From Nitrospinales bacterium (GTDB lineage: Bacteria > Nitrospinota > Nitrospinia > Nitrospinales > JAJDAT01): DNA of 64,000 nucleotides. A model generated the notes under the pieces. The model made no database searches, was not told the DNA's origin, and worked only from the letters and a program-made list of their open reading frames with translations. Of the stretch, positions 56,645-64,000 are shown one piece after another. The stretch covers positions 32,001 through 96,000 of the forward strand of contig JBHHYO010000001.1 in assembly GCA_046757665.1 (NCBI GenBank), in the 5' to 3' direction. The stretch's first letter is position 1. Each line of letters opens with the position of its first letter. The translations under genes were made by a program, and so were the position numbers.

Positions 56645-57420
56645 CAGTTGCCTTGCTCGATATAGTCCTGCGTTTCCCGGCAACTGGGGTTGGCGAACAG
56701 GTCCGGTGTGCGGCCGGATTCGCAGACCCGCCCCTCGCACACAAAAACCGTTTCGTCGGAAACCCGCCGGGCCTGCTCCAGATTGTGAGTGACCAGGAGA
56801 ATCGTATGTTTCTTCTTCAATGATACGATCAATTCTTCAATAACCCGTGACGATTTTGGGTCGAGGGCAGAGGTGGGCTCGTCCATCAACAGGGTCCGGG
56901 GCCTGACGATCAGGGCGCGGGCGATGGCGAGCCTTTGTTGCTGGCCCTGCGACAACGTATGGCCCGGCCGGCGAAGCCGGTCCTTGACTTCGTCCCACAA
57001 AAACACTTCCCGCAGATACCGCTCGGCCAGGTCGGGAAACTCCTTGCGACGTTCCGGATGCAAGTATTTCAACCCGAAGACAACGTTGTCAAGGATGCTT
57101 TTCGGAAAGATGCAGGGTTTCTGGAACACCATTCCCACCTTGCGGCGTAGCCGGTTGACGTCTATACCGTTAGAGTAAATTTCGTTTCCATGGACGAAAA
57201 CCCGGCCCTGGACGCGAAAGCCGTCGATCTTGTCGTTCATGCGGTTGAAAGTGCGGAGCAGTGTGGTCTTGCCGGACCCCGACGGGCCGATGATGCCGGT
57301 GACGGCGTGCGGACGGAACCGGCAGTGGATGTCTTGAAAAACGGCCTTGTCGTTAAAATGGATACTCACCCCGCGCATTTCCAGGGCGTTGGCTTGTTCG
57401 TTTTTGGGTTGCCCGTTCAT
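56644..57420 (-). CDS. pstB: Phosphate ABC transporter ATPase
   Basis: GPSGSGKTT, RTFNRMND, VGMVFQKP, LSQGQQQR, MDEPTSALDP. Confidence 0.92.
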   Translation of the reverse strand: MNGQPKNEQANALEMRGVSIHFNDKAVFQDIHCRFRPHAVTGIIGPSGSGKTTLLRTFNRMNDKIDGFRVQGRVFVHGNEIYSNGIDVNRLRRKVGMVFQKPCIFPKSILDNVVFGLKYLHPERRKEFPDLAERYLREVFLWDEVKDRLRRPGHTLSQGQQQRLAIARALIVRPRTLLMDEPTSALDPKSSRVIEELIVSLKKKHTILLVTHNLEQARRVSDETVFVCEGRVCESGRTPDLFANPSCRETQDYIEQGN

Positions 57421-58265
57421 TGTTCCGCCTCCATGGGCGCCCGCGCGCGCAGGGCCAGCGAGCCGAGGATCAACACAAAGACCAGGGCCAGGAGCACCAG
57501 GCCCGCTCCCCAGGCATTTGTCAGGGCCTTGGGGTTCACGGCTTCCTGCGCCAGGACAAGGATATGGGTTTGCAACGTGGTCACGGGGTCGGTCCAGGAG
57601 TGAGGCAGTCGGACGCCTGAAAAGACCGTTGCCGTAAACATGATGGCGGCGGTTTCTCCACCGGCACGCGCCAATCCCAGAAGCGTCCCCGTTACGATGC
57701 CGAAAAAACTTTGCGGGACAATGATCGATTTGATTCCCTGCCAGGCCGACAGCCCCATCGCTATCCCGGCTTCCCGGTACCGGAGCGGCAGTGATTCGAT
57801 GGCTTCCAGAATACTCATCTGCATGGTGGGCAGGATCATGACCGCGAGAATCAAAGTTCCCGTCAACCAGGAAACGCCTGTCTCCAGGAACACGCCGAAG
57901 AATATGTAACCGATCAGGCCGAAGATGATCGTGGGCACGCTGTTGAGCGAATACATCAGGAGCCGCAAAATTCGTTTAATGGGTTTTGAATCCAGGTACT
58001 CGGTTTGGAACAGCGCCGCGCCGAGGGCGATGGGCAGGCTGACCGCCGCCGCGCCCATCATCAGGATCAAGGTGCCGAGGGTCTGATAAAAGATTCCGCC
58101 GCCGGCGCCGAAGTCGCGGGATTCCCGGGTCAGAAATGCCCAGTCGATGGCCGGGAGCCCCTTGGCGAAAACCGTTCCCAGAATAACGACCGGCAGGGAG
58201 CAGGCGGCCAGCGTCAGTAAAAACAGGCCGCCAAGAGCGGCGCGTTCGCTCGTCCGGTTGCTCAT
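57417..58265 (-). CDS. pstA: Phosphate ABC transporter permease PstA
   Basis: SVPTIIFGL, LARAGGETAAIMFT. Confidence 0.9.
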   Translation of the reverse strand: MSNRTSERAALGGLFLLTLAACSLPVVILGTVFAKGLPAIDWAFLTRESRDFGAGGGIFYQTLGTLILMMGAAAVSLPIALGAALFQTEYLDSKPIKRILRLLMYSLNSVPTIIFGLIGYIFFGVFLETGVSWLTGTLILAVMILPTMQMSILEAIESLPLRYREAGIAMGLSAWQGIKSIIVPQSFFGIVTGTLLGLARAGGETAAIMFTATVFSGVRLPHSWTDPVTTLQTHILVLAQEAVNPKALTNAWGAGLVLLALVFVLILGSLALRARAPMEAEQ

Positions 58266-59128
58266 AACCGCGCCCGCCGCAAAAACAGGTTACCGGCAAG
58301 GGTCAGGCCCATCACCATGAGAAACAGGATCAGGCTCAACCCGACAAGGGCGCTCCAGTGCAGGTCCGAGCTCATGGCCTCGGCGGCCTCGCGTCCCAGT
58401 TTGGTCGGGATGCTTTGGGCGGGCGCAACGAGGTTGTACCAGGGTTGCGGAATGCGGTCAAGGCCGCCGATCACCAGCATCACCGCGATGGTTTCGCCCA
58501 TGGCGCGGCCCAGTCCCAGAAACACCGCGCCGACGATCCCCGGTAGCGCCCGCGGAGCCACCACGCGAAAAACCGTCGTTACGGGCGTCAAGCCCAGGCC
58601 CCAGGCGGTTTCCCGATATTCGCGGGGCACGGCCCGCAAGGCATCTTCCGAAAGGGTCATGATAGTCGGCAAAATCATGATGGCCAGCAATATCCCGGCG
58701 GTGAGAAGGGTGTTGCCGTCGATAAGGCCCAGGCTGTCGCGCACCAGGACGGTGAGAATGGAAACGCCGAGAAGACCGTAAATAATGCCCGGCACCCCGG
58801 CGAGTAGCTCCATCAGTGATTTAACACAGAGCCGGGAGCGGGACGACAAAAACTCGGCGGTGCAGACGGCGCTTCCGAGGGCGAAGGGCAACGCCAGAAC
58901 CAGCGCCAGGCCCGTGACCATTACGGACCCGTAGATCATGGGCAGTGCGCCGTAAGCCTCGCCCACCAGCCAGTCGCCGCCGGTGACGAACGACCATCCC
59001 TGAACCCGGAACACCGGGACGCTCTGAACAGCCAGGTAGAAAAAGAGAGTTCCCGCGCAGATGGCGGATACCATGGCCATGACGGTGGCAGTCCACCGCG
59101 CCGGTTCGAATTTAGCGGTTCGCCGCAT
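58262..59128 (-). CDS. pstC: Phosphate ABC transporter permease PstC
   Basis: ELLAGVPGIIYG, EDALRAVP, LGRAMGETIAV. Confidence 0.9.
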   Translation of the reverse strand: MRRTAKFEPARWTATVMAMVSAICAGTLFFYLAVQSVPVFRVQGWSFVTGGDWLVGEAYGALPMIYGSVMVTGLALVLALPFALGSAVCTAEFLSSRSRLCVKSLMELLAGVPGIIYGLLGVSILTVLVRDSLGLIDGNTLLTAGILLAIMILPTIMTLSEDALRAVPREYRETAWGLGLTPVTTVFRVVAPRALPGIVGAVFLGLGRAMGETIAVMLVIGGLDRIPQPWYNLVAPAQSIPTKLGREAAEAMSSDLHWSALVGLSLILFLMVMGLTLAGNLFLRRARL

Positions 59129-59274
59129 AACCGGTTTGCCCCACGATTTTCGTATGCCCTGAAAAAAATGTCAGCCCCATATTACATGAATGGCCATAAA
59201 TATGAAAGACCGTTCGGATAAGACGAAAGGAGGCGGCAAGCGGAAGGGCAGGGGGATAGAGCGGCGCTCTCTGT

Positions 59275-60183
59275 TTATTTTGGTTCCTCCGGGAGGGCGT
59301 TCATGATGGCGTAGGGCCGCGGACGGGAGGTATCGAGATTGTTTTCCTCGATGGATTTTAAAAATCCGGTTTGCGTGAAGTCATCTTCAAAAACAAACCC
59401 CGGCTGTTCGGCAAAGTCATCTTCCTTGTATGTGGCGGCGATATCTCTCATGGAAAGGCAACACGCCTGCGGGGGCGTCCAGTTCTCCGCGGCGGTCATC
59501 AAATCCCGGGAGGACATTTTTTCTTCCCTGTTGCAGGCAACCAGCGCCGTGGCGGTCCTCTCGGGGTCCTCGAAAAGATAAACCTGCCTGAACGCCCCGG
59601 TAAAGGTCCGCAAGTCATGCGGCTTGAGCAGGTTGCTCTTGCCGTAAAGGTTGGAAGCCACCACGCCGCCGGGCGACAGCAACCGGCAGATTTCCGCGTA
59701 AAATTGCAGGGTCTTTAAATGAAAAGGCACGGAGCCGCTTTTGAAGGCATCCAGCAGTACCATGTCATAAGCTTTCCGCCCGATTTTTTTTTGGACGAAT
59801 AGCCTGCCGTCCTGGTCGTACACGCGGCAACGCGGCGTTTCCCGGAAAAAGAAATATTTTTTTGCCAGCTCAGTCACCCTGGAGTCGATTTCTACAATGT
59901 CGATCTCGATTTCCGGATACAGGCCGGTCAGGAAGTTGGGGAACAACGCGCCCCCCAGGCCGATGACCAGGACCCGTTCGGGCCGGGGTTGAATCAGCAG
60001 GGAGGCCATCATCAGGTGGGAATAAATCATTATCGGTGAGTGAGGCCGGGTGACGTCGATGCGGCTTTGCAGAAAAAATTCCTTGCCGCCCTTGAACCAC
60101 ATCTCGCGGATATCGCCGTGTTGCAACACATAAATGTGGTTGAACCGGGTTTTCTTTTTGGCCAGAATTTGTGCTTTCGCCAT
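59275..60183 (-). CDS. Spermidine-synthase-like SAM-dependent methyltransferase-fold protein
   Basis: VLVIGLGGA, VEID, DGRLF, YDMVLLDAF, HLKTLQFY. Confidence 0.75.
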   Translation of the reverse strand: MAKAQILAKKKTRFNHIYVLQHGDIREMWFKGGKEFFLQSRIDVTRPHSPIMIYSHLMMASLLIQPRPERVLVIGLGGALFPNFLTGLYPEIEIDIVEIDSRVTELAKKYFFFRETPRCRVYDQDGRLFVQKKIGRKAYDMVLLDAFKSGSVPFHLKTLQFYAEICRLLSPGGVVASNLYGKSNLLKPHDLRTFTGAFRQVYLFEDPERTATALVACNREEKMSSRDLMTAAENWTPPQACCLSMRDIAATYKEDDFAEQPGFVFEDDFTQTGFLKSIEENNLDTSRPRPYAIMNALPEEPK

Positions 60184-60434
60184 AAAATCGCTTCCCGCAA
60201 AAATCGGGTTTTCAGCGGTATTTTACCGAAAAACGGCCCGGGTTTCTCAAAATAAATGGCAACGTTCGCTTGTATGGGCTTGAAAACAAATAGTTTTAAA
60301 TGCGGGGGTTCTATGTTAAATTGTTCACTATAGCAATTCGTTAAGCGCTCCCTTTCGCATTTTCGCGGGAGCCGGTCGAGCCGAGTCGGCTTGTCGATCA
60401 ACCGTTTTTCCGGATACGCCGCAGGAGAAAACAG

Positions 60435-62096
60435 ATGCTTGAGAAAACCTTGAAACACAAAGTCGGCCTGGAACACCACGGTATCCGCAACACGGGCCGG
60501 ATATTCTGGAATCTTCCGACTTCAAAACTTTACGAACATATCATTCAAAATAACGAGGGAGTCCTGTCTCATTTGGGGCCGGTGGTCGTCACGACGGGGG
60601 AACATACGGGGCGCGCTCCCAACGACAAGTTTATCGTCAAGGAACCTACCACCCAGGAAAATATCTGGTGGGGCGTCGTTAACAAGGCCTTTTCGCCGGA
60701 ACAATTTGACGCCCTTTATTCGCGGGTGCTGGCCTATGTCCAGGGGAAAAATTTGTATGTTCAGGACTGTTATGCAGGCGCGGCTCCGGAGCATCGGCTT
60801 CATATTCGGGCGATCACGGAATTTGCCTGGCACAGCTTGTTTGCCCGCAACATGTTTATCCAGATTACCGAGCGCTCCAAGCTGGAGACCTACAAACCGG
60901 CTTTCACCATTATTGATGTCCCCGGTTTCAAGGCGGTTCCGGCCATTGATGGGACCAACTCGGACGTGTTCGTCGTTATAGATTACGGCAGACAGCTTGT
61001 TCTGATCGGCGGAACCTCCTACGCGGGCGAGATCAAAAAATCCGTCTTCACCATTTTGAATTACCTGTTGCCCATGCAGTCGAAGGTGTTGTCCATGCAC
61101 TGTTCCGCCAACATGGGCTCCGACGGCGACACGGCGGTTTTTTTCGGGCTTTCCGGGACGGGAAAGACCACCCTTTCCACCGACCCGAACCGCAAGTTGA
61201 TCGGCGATGACGAGCACGGGTGGGACGATCAGGGCGTCTTCAATTTCGAAGGCGGTTGTTACGCCAAGGCGATTCGATTGTCCCGGGAGGCCGAGCCGGA
61301 CATTTACCGGGTGACCCGTCTGTTTGGCACCATCCTGGAAAATGTGGTGCTCGATCCGGAGACCCGGCGGCTTGACCTCGACGATGCCAGCCTGACCGAA
61401 AACACCCGTGCCTCATATCCGCTGACTCATATCGAAAACGCGCAACTGTCGGGAATGGGCGGTCATCCGAAAAACGTCATTATGCTGACTTGCGATGCCT
61501 TCGGCATCATGCCTCCGGTTTCAAAATTGACTCCCGAACAGGCCATGTACCATTTCCTTTCGGGATACACGGCAAAAGTTGCGGGAACCGAAAAAGGCTT
61601 GAGCCGGGAGCCCACCGCCACTTTCAGCACCTGTTACGGAGCCCCTTTCATGGCCTTGCATCCCTCGGTTTACGCCAGTTTGCTGAGGGAAAAAATAGAC
61701 AAGCATCAGGTCGACTGCTGGCTGGTGAACACCGGATGGACCGGCGGGTCTTATGGCGTGGGAAAAAGAATGTCCATCAATCACACGCGCACCATGATTC
61801 ATGCCATTCTGAGCGGAGAGTTGAACCGGGTGCCCACAAAACCCGATCCGATCTTCGGCCTGCACATTCCGGAATCCTGCCGGGACGTACCCCGGGAACT
61901 GCTCAATCCGCGCAATACCTGGAAAACCCCCGCCGCCTATGACGCCAAGGCAAGGGAGTTGGCGGGCTTGTTCATTGAGCATTTCAAAAATTACCAGAAT
62001 ACGGTTGCCGCCGAAATCCAGTTGGCCGGGCCGAAAATCCCCAGCGCCGTGGCCGTGGGCAAGTCCCGGAGCAACATCAAAAAACTGAGAAAATGA
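60435..62096 (+). CDS. pckA: Phosphoenolpyruvate carboxykinase (ATP)
   Basis: YAGEIKKS, MHCSAN, FGLSGTGKTTLS, IGDDEHGW, NFEGGCYAK; RBS AGGAG. Confidence 0.97.
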   Translation: MLEKTLKHKVGLEHHGIRNTGRIFWNLPTSKLYEHIIQNNEGVLSHLGPVVVTTGEHTGRAPNDKFIVKEPTTQENIWWGVVNKAFSPEQFDALYSRVLAYVQGKNLYVQDCYAGAAPEHRLHIRAITEFAWHSLFARNMFIQITERSKLETYKPAFTIIDVPGFKAVPAIDGTNSDVFVVIDYGRQLVLIGGTSYAGEIKKSVFTILNYLLPMQSKVLSMHCSANMGSDGDTAVFFGLSGTGKTTLSTDPNRKLIGDDEHGWDDQGVFNFEGGCYAKAIRLSREAEPDIYRVTRLFGTILENVVLDPETRRLDLDDASLTENTRASYPLTHIENAQLSGMGGHPKNVIMLTCDAFGIMPPVSKLTPEQAMYHFLSGYTAKVAGTEKGLSREPTATFSTCYGAPFMALHPSVYASLLREKIDKHQVDCWLVNTGWTGGSYGVGKRMSINHTRTMIHAILSGELNRVPTKPDPIFGLHIPESCRDVPRELLNPRNTWKTPAAYDAKARELAGLFIEHFKNYQNTVAAEIQLAGPKIPSAVAVGKSRSNIKKLRK

Positions 62097-62147
62097 ACCT
62101 TGCGCGGGTTCACGGCAAGCCCTGCCGCTGACAGTTTCATTCCTTGG

Positions 62148-63197
62148 ATGAACCGCAAACCGAAAAACGTGTTGGAACCCTTGCCACGCATTGCCATTAC
62201 GATGGGAGACCCGGCCGGCATTGGCCCCGAAATCATCGTCAAGGCTTTCCGGGATGGAGAAATTTCGCGTTGCAGTCAAAGCCTGGTTGTGGGAGACGCG
62301 GCTTGCCTCGAGCAAGCGGCCGCGCGATACGGAGCGGCGTTGCGGATACTTCCCATTCATGACGCACGGCAGGCCCGCTTTGACGGGGCCGCCATCGAGG
62401 TGCTGGATTTGCGAAACGTCCCCGAAAACTTTCCCGTGGCACGAGCTACGGCCGAGGGCGGCAAGGCGTCAATGGAATATATTCGGACGGCGGCGGACCT
62501 GGCCCTGCAAGACCGGGTCGATGCCATCACCACGGCTCCCATCAACAAAAAGGGAATCCACCTGGCGGGGTTCACATGCCCCGGTCACACCGAGTTTCTG
62601 GCCGAATACACCCGCACCCGGGATTTCGCCCTGATGATGGCCGGACGCCGGCTTCGCGTCGTGCTCGTGACCAATCACATTCCCTTGCAAAAAGTGCCTG
62701 GGGCGATTGACAAAAACCTCGTGGCGCGCATCATACGCCTGACGCACCGCTGGCTTTCGCGGTTTGTTGCGCCATTCCCGAAAATCGCCGTTGCGGGCGT
62801 GAATCCGCATTGCGGCGAGGACGGTATTTTCGGCGAGGAAGAAAACGCCGCCATCGGTCCGGCGATCTCGGAAACGCAGTCGGAGGGAATCCAGGTAACC
62901 GGTCCCCATCCGGCGGACTCCCTGTTCCTTGAGGCCCGAAGCGAAAACTACGATGCCGTTATCGCCATGTATCATGATCAAGGGCTCGTTCCGGTGAAGA
63001 TGGAATCCATGGGCCGCGCCGTCAACCTGACCCTGGGATTGCCCATCATCCGCACCTCCGTGGATCACGGGACGGCCTACGGCATTGTGGGCAGGGGAGA
63101 AGCTTCTCCGGAGTCGCTGATAGAAGCCGTCAAAACCGCGGCTTCCCTTTGCCGTCGGCGCGAGGAACTTTCTCCGCAACCCTGCAAGACCCGCTAG
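62148..63197 (+). CDS. pdxA: 4-hydroxythreonine-4-phosphate dehydrogenase
   Basis: ITMGDPAGIGPE, GHTEFL, NPHCGE, MYHDQG, RTSVDHGTA. Confidence 0.95.
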   Translation: MNRKPKNVLEPLPRIAITMGDPAGIGPEIIVKAFRDGEISRCSQSLVVGDAACLEQAAARYGAALRILPIHDARQARFDGAAIEVLDLRNVPENFPVARATAEGGKASMEYIRTAADLALQDRVDAITTAPINKKGIHLAGFTCPGHTEFLAEYTRTRDFALMMAGRRLRVVLVTNHIPLQKVPGAIDKNLVARIIRLTHRWLSRFVAPFPKIAVAGVNPHCGEDGIFGEEENAAIGPAISETQSEGIQVTGPHPADSLFLEARSENYDAVIAMYHDQGLVPVKMESMGRAVNLTLGLPIIRTSVDHGTAYGIVGRGEASPESLIEAVKTAASLCRRREELSPQPCKTR

Positions 63198-63211
63198 GGC
63201 GAAGCCGAACG

Positions 63212-64000
63212 ATGAAAAAAAAAAGAAAATGGGGGCAAAACTTTCTGACCGATCCGTCAGCCGCCGGGCGAATCCTGGAGATCGCCGGTATTTCCCGCGA
63301 CGATGCCGTTCTGGAAATCGGTCCTGGCAGGGGAATCCTCACGCAGGACCTGGTGCGCCGGGCGGGTGAATTGACGGCCCTGGAGATCGACCCTAGGCTC
63401 TGCGCCGAACTGAAAAAGCGGTTCAGCGCCTTTCCCAATTTCCGCCTGTTGCAGGCGGATGCCTTGAAGTTCGACTACAGTTGCCTCGGCGACCGCTACA
63501 AGGTCGTCTCCAACCTGCCTTACTATGCCGCCACCCATATTTTGAAACGCCTGATTCATTATCGCGGTCGGATTGCCGACATGACGGTGATGTTGCAGAA
63601 GGAGGTCGTCGACCGCCTGACCGCGCGGCCCGGGCAGAAGGAGTATGGGTCGCTTTCGGTGTTCATCCAATACCATTGCCAGGTGGAGCGGGTTCTGGAA
63701 GTCAAGAAGGATGCTTTTTCCCCACCGCCCAGGATCGATTCCTCCGTCATCCGGCTCACCCCGCTGTCCCGGCCCAGAGTGAGCGTCGCCGATGAAAAGG
63801 CGTTCTTTCAAATTGTGCACGCGGCTTTTTTGCACAAACGGAAAATGTTGAAAAGCAACTTGAAGCAGTGGCAAAAACGCTATCAGGTGGAACAGGACCG
63901 GATTCGCCTGGCGGGAATTGATTTAAGCCGCCGCGGCGAGACACTTTCCCTTCAGGATTTTGCCGTCATCGCCAACCACATCAAGCCAGGCAACGGCTGA
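63212..64000 (+). CDS. rsmA: 16S rRNA dimethyladenosine transferase
   Basis: GQNFL, LEIGPGRG, SNLPYY, QKEV, FSPPPRIDS; stop at the last base of the window. Confidence 0.95.
   Translation: MKKKRKWGQNFLTDPSAAGRILEIAGISRDDAVLEIGPGRGILTQDLVRRAGELTALEIDPRLCAELKKRFSAFPNFRLLQADALKFDYSCLGDRYKVVSNLPYYAATHILKRLIHYRGRIADMTVMLQKEVVDRLTARPGQKEYGSLSVFIQYHCQVERVLEVKKDAFSPPPRIDSSVIRLTPLSRPRVSVADEKAFFQIVHAAFLHKRKMLKSNLKQWQKRYQVEQDRIRLAGIDLSRRGETLSLQDFAVIANHIKPGNG

Noticed and set aside
59165-59212. Possible Pho box upstream of pstC
   Set aside because: Half-site-like words (CTTTCAT, ATGTAAT) are present but not at a clean 11-bp periodicity.
1-64000. CRISPR arrays, rRNA, tRNA, IS elements
   Set aside because: Intergenic gaps are short, and I saw no repeat-spacer periodicity, cloverleaf or transposase motifs.

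Overview
Bacterial chromosomal window, mostly GC-rich with two visibly AT-richer segments (about 1-3.6 kb and 37.3-39.7 kb). The gene mix suggests a Nitrospinota/delta-proteobacteria-like diderm, but that is a guess. From the left: a 5'-truncated pyruvate-kinase-barrel/ATP-sulfurylase fusion, a GT-C-like membrane protein, an RNase Z-like gene and prfB with its +1 frameshift. Next is a ~19 kb co-oriented surface-glycan/tailoring locus (6017-25381): SPASM radical SAM, PIG-L deacetylase, hexapeptide acyltransferase, MaoC, SDR, FkbH, ACP, GT2/GT4/GT-C enzymes with shared TPR tails, a B12-radical-SAM-TPR-GT2 triple fusion, and two tandem B12-radical SAM paralogues with CX4CX2C motifs and PqqD/RRE-like C-termini. 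A 1201-aa double-NHL protein follows, then housekeeping genes (nth, ilvN, ilvC, psd, pssA, accD, PCP_red-fused ChdC/Cld-like, rocD, Nif3-like). An AT-rich two-gene insertion (Schlafen/AlbA_2-HATPase plus orphan ParA) is preceded by three kinds of small repeat. The rest is mutS2, envelope genes (YfhO, ArnT-like, DedA/TVP38, DUF3179, YyaL, DUF3050, LtaS-like, DAG kinase, TPR, pstCAB), pckA, pdxA and rsmA. I saw no rRNA, tRNA, CRISPR array or transposase. The best candidates for new biology are the radical-SAM/FkbH glycan-tailoring locus, the PK-Sat fusion and the Schlafen+ParA island. All family calls come from motif recognition by eye, with no database searches.
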